Shown here: piece after piece, positions 28,887 to 38,061 of the stretch
Numbering within the stretch: position 1 is the first letter of the stretch
Layout: each line of letters begins with the position of its first letter
Assembly: GCA_040219255.1 (NCBI GenBank)
Contig: JAVJSW010000046.1
Span: 64,001 to 128,000 of the forward strand
Direction: 5' to 3'
From: Sumerlaeia bacterium
GTDB taxonomy: Bacteria; Sumerlaeota; Sumerlaeia; SLMS01; JAHLLQ01
Length of the DNA stretch: 64,000 bases
Translations under genes and position numbers: made by a program
The notes under the pieces: generated by a model
Databases searched by the model: none
The model's input: the letters and a program-made list of their open reading frames with translations, nothing else
What the model was told of the DNA's origin: nothing

Positions 28887-30395
28887 ATGTCCTTTCCCAA
28901 AGCCATCCTTCGCGTTCTTCTCATCGCGGCGCCTTTCGCGCTCCTCTCAGCCTGCGCCAGCAAGCAAGCCTACGAAACCGCCGCTCCCTCCCTCAAACTC
29001 GATGGTCCCCGCACCGTCAAGGCTCCCAAGAACGTCATCTTTTTCATCGGCGATGGCATGTCGCCCAATCACCTCGACGCCGCCAACGCCTTCCTCGGCG
29101 CGCCGCTGACGTTGTACGATTTCCCGGTGCGGCTCCACTGCTCGACCTACTTCCATGGCGCCGATTACGACTCGCGGGATTACTGGACCAATTACGGTTA
29201 CGCCATCGACGAAAACGCCGACGGGGAAAAAGTCCCCGACGCGGAAAAGAACGTCGTCGATTCCGCCGCCTCCGCCACGGCGATTTCCACCGGCTTCAAG
29301 ACCGACAACGGCAAGATCGGCATGGGTCCCGAGCCCGGCCGCGCCCGCCTGCCCCACCTCGGCCGCGACGCCCGCGCCCTGGGCAAGGCCTATGGCGTGG
29401 TGACCTCAGTGCCCTTCAACCACGCCACCCCCGCCAGCTTCATCGCCTACAATGAATCGCGCGGCAACTATCAGGAAATCGGCACGGAAATGATCAACTC
29501 CGGCGCCACCGTCATTCTCGGCGCCGGCCACCCCATGTTCGACGGCGATGGTCTGCCCAGCGGCTTCCCCCGCTACCGCTATATCAAGCCCTTCGACTAC
29601 GAGCGTCTCTCGGAAGGCCGCTCCCGGTGGACCTATATCGAGGAAACGCCCCAGTTCGAGTACCTTGCCAACTACGACAATCCCACACCGAAGAAGCTCT
29701 TCGGCCTCGTGCCCGTCGAATCCACGCTGCAGCAAGGCCGCACCCGCGCCCCCCGTGAAGAAGGCGAAGTCGCCGAAGTCTACGAGGACCCGCTCACCGA
29801 AGGCCTGCCCGATCTCGCAACCCTCACCAAAGCGGCTCTCAATACCCTGGAGGAGGACCCGGAAGGCTTCTTCCTGATGGTCGAAGGCGGCGCCATCGAC
29901 TGGGCCAGCCATGCCAACGATACGCCTCGCATGATCGAGGAAATGATCGACTTCGACCGCGCCATCGCCGCCGCCCTCGATTGGGCCGAGAACCGCAATC
30001 CCGGCGGCCTGGACGATACCCTGATCGTCATCACCGCCGATCACGACTGCGGATACCCCACCGGCACCGGTTCCGGCCGCCGCGGGAACGGCCCCGACAT
30101 CTGGTACCCGGTCATCAGCCAGGGTATCGGCAAAGTCCCCGCCCTCCAATGGGGCTCCACCTACCACGCCAACAGCCTCGTGCCCTTCCTGGCCATCGGC
30201 GCCGGATCGGAAGTTTTCTACGATTTCGCCGACCAGTATGACATCCGCCAGGGCGCCTACCTGGATCACACCGATATCCCCACCGCGGTCCGCATGATGT
30301 GGCAGGCCAAGTACGGCCTTGAAATCCCCGAACCCACCTACCCGGTAATCCGCCCCGCAGAGCCCGAAGACGAGGAAGAAACCCCCGCCGCCTGA
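28887..30395 (+). CDS. phoA: Alkaline phosphatase (PhoA-type), lipoprotein
   Basis: Lipobox LLSA-C; KNVIFFIGDGM, DSAASATA (catalytic Ser), HATPA, FFLMVEGGAIDWASHAN, TADHD. Confidence 0.9.
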   Translation: MSFPKAILRVLLIAAPFALLSACASKQAYETAAPSLKLDGPRTVKAPKNVIFFIGDGMSPNHLDAANAFLGAPLTLYDFPVRLHCSTYFHGADYDSRDYWTNYGYAIDENADGEKVPDAEKNVVDSAASATAISTGFKTDNGKIGMGPEPGRARLPHLGRDARALGKAYGVVTSVPFNHATPASFIAYNESRGNYQEIGTEMINSGATVILGAGHPMFDGDGLPSGFPRYRYIKPFDYERLSEGRSRWTYIEETPQFEYLANYDNPTPKKLFGLVPVESTLQQGRTRAPREEGEVAEVYEDPLTEGLPDLATLTKAALNTLEEDPEGFFLMVEGGAIDWASHANDTPRMIEEMIDFDRAIAAALDWAENRNPGGLDDTLIVITADHDCGYPTGTGSGRRGNGPDIWYPVISQGIGKVPALQWGSTYHANSLVPFLAIGAGSEVFYDFADQYDIRQGAYLDHTDIPTAVRMMWQAKYGLEIPEPTYPVIRPAEPEDEEETPAA

Positions 30396-30422
30396 GGCGT
30401 TCGCGGCCGGGCGGGTTGTCTT

Positions 30423-30437
30423 TGATAATCATTCTCA
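30423..30437. promoter_or_regulatory. Fur-family (Fur/Zur/Mur) operator box
   Basis: TGATAAT-C-ATTCTCA, one mismatch to the 7-1-7 palindrome TGATAATnATTATCA, directly upstream of a metal ABC operon promoter. Confidence 0.75.
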
Positions 30438-30445
30438 CTTGGGGG

Positions 30446-30474
30446 TTGACTTGCGGTGCACCGGTCCCTAGCGT
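30446..30474 (+). promoter_or_regulatory. Sigma70-type promoter of the metal ABC operon
   Basis: TTGACT-17 nt-TAGCGT. Confidence 0.6.
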
Positions 30475-30511
30475 CCGCCCCAGTTCTCTACCGGGGTGGT
30501 CTCCGAGCGTG

Positions 30512-31465
30512 ATGCGTCTTTTCTCAATTCTTCTTCTCAGTCTTCTTCTGGCGGCTTCCTCCGCCGCCGAGCCGCTGCGCGTCGTGACTTCGACGCCGAT
30601 CCTCGAGGACATGGTCCGCCAGATCGGCGGCAACCGGGTCCACGTCACCTCGCTTGTGCCCAGAGGCCTTTCCATCCACAGTTTCCGGCCCGCCCCCGAT
30701 GACGTCCGCCGCGTCCAAGACGCCGACTTGATCGTCATCAACGGCCTCGGGTTGGAAGGCTGGATGGAAAAACTGATCCGCAACAGCAGCGAGCAGGCTC
30801 CCGTCATCGAAGCCGCCGCCCGCGTCACGCCCCTCCATTCCATGGGCGGCCACGATCACGACGAGCACGACGCCCATGGCCACGCCGAGCACGACCCCAA
30901 CCACGAGGGGCACAGCGAAACCTGCCTGGGCCATGGCCCCCACGATCCCCACGCTTGGCTCGATGTGTCGCGCGTTCAACTCTATGTGGAAGAAATCCGG
31001 GACGCCCTCGTTCATGCCGACCCCGCAGGAGCCGAAACCTACGAGGCTCTCGGCGAGTTCTACCTTTTTCAGCTTCGCCTGCTCGACCGGTGGATTCGCA
31101 AACAACTCGCCGTCATCCCGCCGGAAGACCGCGTCATTCTGGTTTCCCACAATTCCCTGTCTTACTTCGAGGAAGCCTACGGCATGACGACCCTCCCCAT
31201 CCTCGGCTTCTCCGGCGCCGAAGACTCGGACCCGAAGCGCCTTGCCGAACTCACCGAGCGCATCGGCTCCGAAAAAATCCGCCTCGCCGCCTACGGCGCG
31301 GGAGAAAATACCCGCCTCCTCGATCAACTCGTCGAGGGCACGGACCTCAAGACCGTCGGCCCCCTCAACTTCGACACGCTCGGTCCGGCCGATTCCGCCG
31401 AAGGCACCTACATCGGCATGATGACCAACAGCGTCATGACGCTGGTCCAGGCCCTGAAGGACTGA
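30512..31465 (+). CDS. znuA: Zn/Mn ABC transporter substrate-binding protein (cluster A-I) with His-rich loop
   Basis: Signal peptide; H.FRP.PDD, NGLGLEGW, HDHDEHDAHGHAEHDPNHEGH loop, DPHAWLD, SHNSLSYF. Metal specificity is inferred from the His-rich loop. Confidence 0.85.
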   Translation: MRLFSILLLSLLLAASSAAEPLRVVTSTPILEDMVRQIGGNRVHVTSLVPRGLSIHSFRPAPDDVRRVQDADLIVINGLGLEGWMEKLIRNSSEQAPVIEAAARVTPLHSMGGHDHDEHDAHGHAEHDPNHEGHSETCLGHGPHDPHAWLDVSRVQLYVEEIRDALVHADPAGAETYEALGEFYLFQLRLLDRWIRKQLAVIPPEDRVILVSHNSLSYFEEAYGMTTLPILGFSGAEDSDPKRLAELTERIGSEKIRLAAYGAGENTRLLDQLVEGTDLKTVGPLNFDTLGPADSAEGTYIGMMTNSVMTLVQALKD

Positions 31466-31466
31466 G

Positions 31467-31934
31467 ATGCCACACCCCATGCGAGGATCGGCTTTCACTA
31501 CGTCATGGATCACGCGAGCCTCCGCCGCGCTGTTCGTGATCGCCGCGATGGGAGCCTGTATCGTCTGGGCCGAGCGCTCCGCCCACCAGAATTCGGCCTC
31601 GTCCTCCCCCCCTACGGCTCCTGCTTCCCAAACCTCGGAAAGCCGCATCACCATCCAATCCACCACCCCCATCGATCGCTGGCGCGTTATCGCCGGGGGA
31701 GCGGAACTCCAGCCCATCCAGTCCTCCGCCTCGACCTGGACAACGACCGCGGCCTTGTCCTTACAGCCAGCGACCGAATTGCTGATCGAAGCCGACCCGG
31801 CGGACATTTTCAGCGAAAGCCCGCAAGCCCTGCGCGTTCAATGGTCCGCAGGCGGCACAAGGCGCGAGGTCACCCTATGGGGCGAGGGCTTCCTCGGCGG
31901 CCCCGTCCGCTGGCAAGAGGCCCCCGCGCCGTGA
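31467..31934 (+). CDS. Hypothetical exported/membrane-anchored protein inside the metal ABC operon
   Basis: Starts 1 nt after the SBP stop, stop overlaps the ATPase GTG (GTGA); one N-terminal hydrophobic helix, S/P linker, beta-rich C-terminus. Confidence 0.65.
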   Translation: MPHPMRGSAFTTSWITRASAALFVIAAMGACIVWAERSAHQNSASSSPPTAPASQTSESRITIQSTTPIDRWRVIAGGAELQPIQSSASTWTTTAALSLQPATELLIEADPADIFSESPQALRVQWSAGGTRREVTLWGEGFLGGPVRWQEAPAP

Positions 31935-32707
31935 TCCTCCACACCTCCGCCGACCATCGCTGCGACCACCATCACGAAATCCTCCGCCTGGAAAGCGTCA
32001 CCGTCCGCCACGGGTCCGTCGAGGCCCTGACGGACGTCAGCGTCCATATTCCCTGCGGCGAGTCGGTGGCGCTCCTCGGCCCCAACGGCGCCGGCAAGAG
32101 CACGCTCCTGCGGGCCATCATGGGCTGGCATCCGCTGGCCAAGGGCCGTATCCTGATCGGCGACGATCACGCCCATCATCACCTGCCTCGCTTCGCCTAC
32201 CTGCCCCAGCGTAGCCAGGTCGATTGGGACTACCCCATCACGGTCCGCGATGTCGTGGCCCAGGGCCGCTTTCCGCTCCTCGGGCCCTTCCGCCGTTTTT
32301 CGCGGGCTGACCACGCCTTGGTCGACGACGCGCTGGACGAACTGCACCTCGCCGAGTTGCAGAACCGCCGCATCCATCAGCTCTCCGGCGGTCAGCAGCA
32401 GCGCGTTTTCCTCGCCCGCGCCCTCGCCCAGGAAGCCGACATTTTCCTCCTCGACGAACCCTTCACCGGCCTCGATCCTCAAGCCCGCGACGACCTCGCC
32501 GCCACCCTCAAGACCTGGCACCGCCAAGGCCGCACCATTCTGACCGTGGTGCACGACCTGCAAATCGCCCGCGAGGCCCTCGGCCAAGCCATCCTCCTCG
32601 ACCGCCGGTTGATCGCGGCGGGGCCCTGCGAGCAAATCCTGACGCCCGACAACCTGGAAGCCGCCTTCGGTGCCCAAGTCCGCAACCGCGAGGCCGCCCG
32701 TGTCTGA
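31931..32707 (+). CDS. znuC: Metal ABC transporter ATP-binding protein
   Basis: GPNGAGKST, AYLPQRSQVDWDYPITV, LSGGQQQRVFLARAL, LLDEPFTGLD, VVHDL; GTG start. Confidence 0.88.
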   Translation: MILHTSADHRCDHHHEILRLESVTVRHGSVEALTDVSVHIPCGESVALLGPNGAGKSTLLRAIMGWHPLAKGRILIGDDHAHHHLPRFAYLPQRSQVDWDYPITVRDVVAQGRFPLLGPFRRFSRADHALVDDALDELHLAELQNRRIHQLSGGQQQRVFLARALAQEADIFLLDEPFTGLDPQARDDLAATLKTWHRQGRTILTVVHDLQIAREALGQAILLDRRLIAAGPCEQILTPDNLEAAFGAQVRNREAARV

Positions 32708-33587
32708 TCTCTGGGGCGCCATCGCCGAACCACTCAGCTATCCCTTCATGCGCCGCGCACTCGTCGCCTCGATGCTTCTCGGCACCAGCGGCGGCCTCCT
32801 CGGCTGCTACATCGTCCTGCGGCGCCTCAGCCTCATGGGCGACGCCCTGGCCCACAGCCTCCTGCCGGGAATGGCCATCGCCTATCTGCTCTTCGGTACC
32901 AGCGTCTGGTCGTTGTTCGCGGGCGCTTTGGGAGCCGGGATGCTGACGGCGCTTGGCAGCGGACTCATCACGCGACTGACCCGCATCAAGGAAGACGCCT
33001 CCTTCGGCGCTCTCTTCCTGCTCTTCTTCGGCCTTGGAGTCGCCATCGTCAGCGCCGCCCGCGAACGCGTTCAGGTCGATCTGCTGCATTTCCTGTTTGG
33101 CGACGTGCTCGGAATCGCCAGTAGCGATCTCTACCTCGCCCTCGGCACCACATCGTTGACATTGCTCGCCTTCGCGGTGTTTTACCGCAACATCGCCATC
33201 GAGTCCTTCGACCCCATTTTCTACCGCAGCACCGGCCGCAGCCCGCTCCTGGCGCACTTGGGGATGCTGGCGCTGGTAGTGCTGAATCTCGTATCCGCCT
33301 TGCAGGCCATGGGTGCCGTGCTGGCCCTCGGGCTGTTCCTTCTGCCCGCCGTCACGGCCTACATCCTGTGCAACCGTTGGAGCACCATGCTGCTCCTCTC
33401 CGCCGTCATCGCCGTCCTCGGCAGCACTGGCGGCCTCTACGCCAGCTACCACCTCGGCATCGCCAGCGGCCCCTGCATCGTGGTCACCCTGGGCATTGTC
33501 TTCCTCACCGCCGCCCTCCTCAGCCCACGGGGGGTGCTGGGGCTGGTGATTTCGCCGAAACGCCGACCGGATTATCCGAAGAGGTAG
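32700..33587 (+). CDS. znuB: Metal ABC transporter permease
   Basis: FMRRAL, LRRLSLMGDALAHSLLPG, LFGDVL, SFDP, SGPCIV; GTG start overlapping the ATPase end. Confidence 0.88.
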   Translation: MSDLWGAIAEPLSYPFMRRALVASMLLGTSGGLLGCYIVLRRLSLMGDALAHSLLPGMAIAYLLFGTSVWSLFAGALGAGMLTALGSGLITRLTRIKEDASFGALFLLFFGLGVAIVSAARERVQVDLLHFLFGDVLGIASSDLYLALGTTSLTLLAFAVFYRNIAIESFDPIFYRSTGRSPLLAHLGMLALVVLNLVSALQAMGAVLALGLFLLPAVTAYILCNRWSTMLLLSAVIAVLGSTGGLYASYHLGIASGPCIVVTLGIVFLTAALLSPRGVLGLVISPKRRPDYPKR

Positions 33588-33654
33588 GGGGGCGGCTGCC
33601 GAGGTCTTGAGGACCGGGCGGAAACCTTTTGCGCTGACTCTGGTTTAACGAGGA

Positions 33655-33933
33655 TCAGCCCAGTACAATCCTTGACCGCAGGACCTCGCGGAACCTCAAC
33701 GCCGGAGGACTGAGTTCGCTTTCCTCCGCCTCGCCGTATTCGATCCAGAGCATGCGGACTTGCTCCAGCAGCTCGGCCCAAAGAGCTTCCCGTGTCGGGG
33801 CAAAGACATCGATCTGGAGTTCGTCGTACTCCAGGGACAAAAGGTGGCCCGATTCGCTGAGAAGGGGCCTGAGCACCAGAGGTTCTTTGAGCCTCAATAC
33901 CCGGCCGCCGCAGGGAATTTCTTGCAGGTACAT
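33655..33933 (-). CDS. Small hypothetical protein
   Basis: MYLQEIPCGGRVLRLKEPLVLRP...LQIDVFAPTREALWAELLEQVRMLWIEYGEA looks like a globular protein. Alternative GTG start at 34011 overlaps the GT4 stop. Confidence 0.5.
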   Translation of the reverse strand: MYLQEIPCGGRVLRLKEPLVLRPLLSESGHLLSLEYDELQIDVFAPTREALWAELLEQVRMLWIEYGEAEESELSPPALRFREVLRSRIVLG

Positions 33934-34007
33934 GGGGACCAAGTTCTTTTTTTTCAAATCTGTGGAACCCCTGTCCTCTGTGCCGCTCTGTGTTGAAGAT
34001 TTCTCAG

Positions 34008-35201
34008 TCACCCAACCGCCTCCTCCCAAACCCGCACCATCGCGTCGCGATGCGCCTCGATCGAGAACTTCTCCGTCGCCAGACGCCGCGCCTTTTCGCC
34101 CATGGCGGGCAGTTCCCCACGGTTCCCCCACGCTTTTTCCAAAACGTCCGCCAGACCCTCCGCCGTCACGGGGGAATGGGGGGGAGTGGGGGAGGCGGCG
34201 CCGTTCCCCACAATCCACCCGGTTTCGCCTTCGGCGATCAATTCCGGGATGCCTCCGATGGCCGAACCGATGGACGGCACGCCGAGCGCTCCGGCTTCGA
34301 TGATGGTGCGGCCAAAGCCTTCCTCGTCTGAAATCAGAAGATTGAGATCACAGGCGTTATAGAGGTCCAGGATGTCGTCCTGAAAGGGCACCCAGTGCAC
34401 CTTGCCCCGCAAATCCCCCGCTTCGATGCGCGCGCGCAGCGCCTCGCCGTAACCTTCCGTGCTCTTAAAAGCGTCGCCCGCCAGCAGCAGCCTCGCCGGA
34501 ACCCCTCGCGCGTTCGCCAGGGCCACCGCCTCGGCTGCCAGCAATTGGTTCTTGCGCGGGGAAATCAGCCCAAAGAGCCCGGCGATCAGGCATTCCGCCG
34601 GCCAGCCCAGCTCCGCCAGGAGGCGCTCGCGGGCGGCCCGGCGCCGTTCGGCGGAGGCTTGGAATTGCGATAAATCCACTCCGTTATAGACCACCCGGAC
34701 CCGCTCTTCGAGACCGGAGCCATCGAACAGCCGGCGGCAGGCCTCGCTGACCGCCACGATTCGGCAGCAGTGGCCCATGCGGTAGTTGCGAATCTGGCGG
34801 GGACTGATGCCGAGCCGCACATGCCCCACCACGGGGATGGATTTCTCCCCCGGATTCCCCCGCCAACTCCCCCGGATTCCCCCCGAACCCACCCGGGTGC
34901 CCTGGGGCACGCTGTGGAATTCGTTGCAGTGGATAACTCGAGGCTGGAAGCGGCGCACTTCGCGGGCGATGGCGGGAAGTTGAAGAAGCTCGGCTCGGAA
35001 CCGGCCGCTCAATTTGCGATAGGCACCATGGGCTATGACAGAAACCGGAGCCCCGCGATGTCGTAGCTCCTCCTCCAGCCCTCCCTGACCGGGACAGATT
35101 GTCAGCGTTTCATGTTGATTCGAGAGGGCTTGGATCAGCGCCAGAAGCGACCGCCGGGCGCCCAGGAGACGCACGCTGGGAGTCAAAAAGAGGATGCGCA
35201 T
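34008..35201 (-). CDS. Glycosyltransferase family 4
   Basis: MRILFL..GARRSL, VAVSEA, VYNGVD, RKNQ, EGFGRTIIEA.ALGVP.IGS.IGGIPELI. Confidence 0.9.
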   Translation of the reverse strand: MRILFLTPSVRLLGARRSLLALIQALSNQHETLTICPGQGGLEEELRHRGAPVSVIAHGAYRKLSGRFRAELLQLPAIAREVRRFQPRVIHCNEFHSVPQGTRVGSGGIRGSWRGNPGEKSIPVVGHVRLGISPRQIRNYRMGHCCRIVAVSEACRRLFDGSGLEERVRVVYNGVDLSQFQASAERRRAARERLLAELGWPAECLIAGLFGLISPRKNQLLAAEAVALANARGVPARLLLAGDAFKSTEGYGEALRARIEAGDLRGKVHWVPFQDDILDLYNACDLNLLISDEEGFGRTIIEAGALGVPSIGSAIGGIPELIAEGETGWIVGNGAASPTPPHSPVTAEGLADVLEKAWGNRGELPAMGEKARRLATEKFSIEAHRDAMVRVWEEAVG

Positions 35202-35328
35202 CGCGATTTGAGAGGCTCCAATTGCCGAAAACCGGCGGAAGATCCGGGCCATTCAAACCCCCGAAACGCTTCAAACGCAAGCCTTCCAATGCCCCGCGTT
35301 TTCCGTTCCCCACTCTTCCGGAAATCGC

Positions 35329-35404
35329 TTGACGGCCAGCGGCCCGGGAAGCACCTTCAAGAAGTCCGGTGGGGAATTCGCCCAAGCCGTGGGGTAACCG
35401 GGGG
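35329..35404 (+). promoter_or_regulatory. dcw promoter region with MraZ-type binding repeats
   Basis: TTGACG at 35329; GTGGGG at 35369 and 35389 and CGGGGG at 35399 (10-nt register), resembling the known TGGGN/GTGG direct repeats bound by MraZ. Confidence 0.6.
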
Positions 35405-35425
35405 AGACGATTTCAGGATGCCTCG

Positions 35426-35902
35426 ATGACTCAACTCTCCGGCATGATCGAATGCTCCGTCGACGAACGCCATCGCGTCGCGATTCCCGCCAAAATGCTC
35501 AAGTGCATGAAGGCCATCGCGGGTGTGGACGAGAGCGATAAGTCGGTCCCCATGACGGTTGTGGTGGGCCTTTCTCTCGGGCGAAACCTCGGGGTTTTTC
35601 CCAAAAACGTGCACGACGATCTCGTCGCGTTCTTGAACGGCAAACCCAAGCATGACACCGATTGGAATCGCATTCGAACCTGGATTATCGGCACCGCGGA
35701 GGAACAGACGCTTGACAAGCAAAATCGAATCCGCATCCCCGCTCTCCTCGCGAAGAAGCTCAAGCTGCAAGGCGAGGTGGTGGTCACCGGAGTAGAGGAC
35801 CACATCGAGTTGATTGGCAAGGACGATTGGGAGCGCGAGTTCGACGAGTACATGGACGAGTTCGAGTCGGTCTTCCAGCGGGCTTCCGGAACGAGGCCCT
35901 GA
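35426..35902 (+). CDS. mraZ: Division/cell wall cluster transcriptional regulator MraZ
   Basis: Two DxxxRxxIP repeats (VDERHRVAIP, LDKQNRIRIP), G..DHIEL; first gene of the dcw cluster. Confidence 0.9.
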   Translation: MTQLSGMIECSVDERHRVAIPAKMLKCMKAIAGVDESDKSVPMTVVVGLSLGRNLGVFPKNVHDDLVAFLNGKPKHDTDWNRIRTWIIGTAEEQTLDKQNRIRIPALLAKKLKLQGEVVVTGVEDHIELIGKDDWEREFDEYMDEFESVFQRASGTRP

Positions 35903-35941
35903 CCCTAAGAAATACGAGACTTTTTGCAGGAACGCAGACCC

Positions 35942-36961
35942 ATGATTTCGACGAAGGAGGCTCTCATCGCAACGCGACCGACGCACCACGTGCCCGTCAT
36001 GCTCGACGAGGTCCTCGGCGGACTCGCTCCCGCCCCTGGCTTCGTAGTCGCCGATGGGACCCTCGGCACCGCCGGCCATGGCGTCGCCTTCCTGCGCGCC
36101 CTGCATGGCGCCGGGGTGTTCGTGGGGCTGGATCGCGATCCGGATATGCTCGAGATCGCCCGCGGGCGCATCATGGACCTTTTCGACGCGGAACCGGAAC
36201 TGGCCACCACCCGCGTCATCCTGGCCGCCGAACCCTATGAGAACCTCGGCCGTGTGCTCGCCCGCGAGGGCCTCTCCGGCGCCGACGCCATTTTGCTCGA
36301 CTTGGGCTTCAACAGCTTACAGGTGGACGATCCGGAGCGGGGGTTCAGCTTTACGAACGACGGGCCCTTGGACGGGCGCTACAACGCGAGCGACCCCAAG
36401 TGCCGCACGATCGCGCAATTGGTGAACGAAGCGGCGGAGCTGGACCTGGCCGATTGGATCCGCCTCTATGGCGACGAGCGCTATGCCCGGGCCATCGCCC
36501 GCCGCATCGTGGCCCGCCGTGAGCGCCAGCCTTTCGAGCGCACCGCCGACCTGGCGGAGGTCATCTCCACCGGCTATCCGGTCAAGGAGCGCTACCGCTC
36601 GCACATCCATCCGGCAACGCGTTCCTTCCAGGCGCTGCGTCTGGTGGCGAACGATGAACTGGGCGGGGTGAAGCGCGGTATCGCGAATTGCCTGGGGGCG
36701 CTGGCGCCCGGCGGCAGGCTGGCCGTAATCGCCTACCACAGCGGCGAGGATCGGATCGCCAAGGCTCTCTTCGACGAAGCGGGCGCTCCGAAGGCCGATC
36801 CGTCGAACCCTTATGCGGCGACCACCACCGCCGGGTTGAATTTCGAGTTGGACCGCCGGTCGTCGGCGAAACCGTCTGCCGCCGAGGTCGTGCGCAATCC
36901 GCGCGCCCGCAGCGCCCGGCTACGCCTGATTCGCCGCCGCATCGCGGGAGGTGATCAATGA
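35942..36961 (+). CDS. rsmH: 16S rRNA m4C1402 methyltransferase
   Basis: HVPVMLDEV, DGTLGTAGH, DLGFNSLQVDDPERGFSF, HPATRSFQALR..NDEL, YHSGEDRIAK, NPRARSARLR. Confidence 0.95.
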   Translation: MISTKEALIATRPTHHVPVMLDEVLGGLAPAPGFVVADGTLGTAGHGVAFLRALHGAGVFVGLDRDPDMLEIARGRIMDLFDAEPELATTRVILAAEPYENLGRVLAREGLSGADAILLDLGFNSLQVDDPERGFSFTNDGPLDGRYNASDPKCRTIAQLVNEAAELDLADWIRLYGDERYARAIARRIVARRERQPFERTADLAEVISTGYPVKERYRSHIHPATRSFQALRLVANDELGGVKRGIANCLGALAPGGRLAVIAYHSGEDRIAKALFDEAGAPKADPSNPYAATTTAGLNFELDRRSSAKPSAAEVVRNPRARSARLRLIRRRIAGGDQ

Positions 36962-37416
36962 GCGCCCGGTCCGCCTCGAATCCCAAGTCCCGCCGCGGTG
37001 CTTGCGCCAAGAAGGCCGCGCCGGTGGAAACGCCCAAGCCGCTGACGGCCGGGCCGCTGTGCGTCATCGCCGCCTTCGCCTCGCTGGCGATCGTGCTCGG
37101 GATGGTTCAGGTGTCGGCGAGTTTCGCCGCCCGGGATTTCGAGATCGAGACGCGGCGTATGCAGGAGTTGGCTTCCGTCGAGCGCGACGAGGTCAAACGG
37201 CTGGAAGCGCGATTGAGCCGTCTGGGGCGCGACGATTCGTTGCGGGCCGTGGCTCAGGAAGAATTGAAGATGGTGGAACCGCCCTCGGAAACGATCGGTC
37301 AAATCGCCATCGATCCCGTCCGCAGGCAGGCGTTGAGCCACGCGGCGGACGAAAAACTTCGAGAACTGGAAGCGGAGCGCGTGGATCTGGCGCGCTTGGC
37401 GAAGGAGGCCGAGTAG
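36958..37416 (+). CDS. ftsL: Cell division protein FtsL-like (single TM + coiled coil)
   Basis: Position after rsmH (ATGA overlap); basic N-terminus, one TM, heptad coil, A.EELKMVEP motif. Confidence 0.7.
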   Translation: MSARSASNPKSRRGACAKKAAPVETPKPLTAGPLCVIAAFASLAIVLGMVQVSASFAARDFEIETRRMQELASVERDEVKRLEARLSRLGRDDSLRAVAQEELKMVEPPSETIGQIAIDPVRRQALSHAADEKLRELEAERVDLARLAKEAE

Positions 37417-38052
37417 AGAAACTAAGGACCCTCAGACAGTCCGGTCTTTTCGACAAGATAAGGCCAGACAGGGCTAGCAAGCTGGTGTGATGGAGTTTTT
37501 TCCCGTTCCGTTACAAAGAAAGCGAATGTTCCCGTTCCAGGAGTTGCCTTGTGCCGTTCCGCCGACTCGTTCCCGCTCCGAGACACTCGCGTGTCTCAAC
37601 AGAAAAGGCTCAGTGGAAGTACCCAACCTCCCATTCGAGCTAAAGTCAAAACACCACGGTCTCGTGACCGATCGTTTTTGACCGAGTCGCTCCCGTTCCG
37701 GTTCCCTTTCCCGCTCCGTTCCAGTGTTGTCCATCACTCCAGTGGAAGTTCCGCCGTCCGTCATTTGGCAACCGTCGTTCGGCGACTCTTCCCGCTTCCC
37801 TGTCTGGCCCTATCTTGACGAAACCCGAAGGCTCGCTTCTTGGACCCAACAGTTCGAACGCTCGTCTTGAATACAGTCATCGACTGTAAACACGACTCTC
37901 ATGTCTTTCAACAAGGGCGGCACGGACGTCAAGGAAGATCTCTGACAAACGGAGTCACCGACCAGGACCGCCACTAAAGCTTCGCCCCAAAAAGCCGTGC
38001 AACCCAAGCCCACGCTCCCTCTCCCGCTGATACCCCGCTGAATTTCCCCAGG
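37417..38052. other. Long structured non-coding region inside the dcw cluster (candidate regulatory RNA/leader)
   Basis: No credible ORF; five exact CCGTTCC copies, hairpins 37580-37597 and 37645-37682, direct repeat CAGTGGAAGT (37611, 37740), palindrome 37872-37888. Confidence 0.45.
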
Positions 38053-38061
38053 GTGGCCGAC

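Noticed and set aside
37474-37849. Short ORFs in the ftsL-ftsI gap
   Set aside because: Low-complexity translations of the hexamer repeats, with no coding-like composition.
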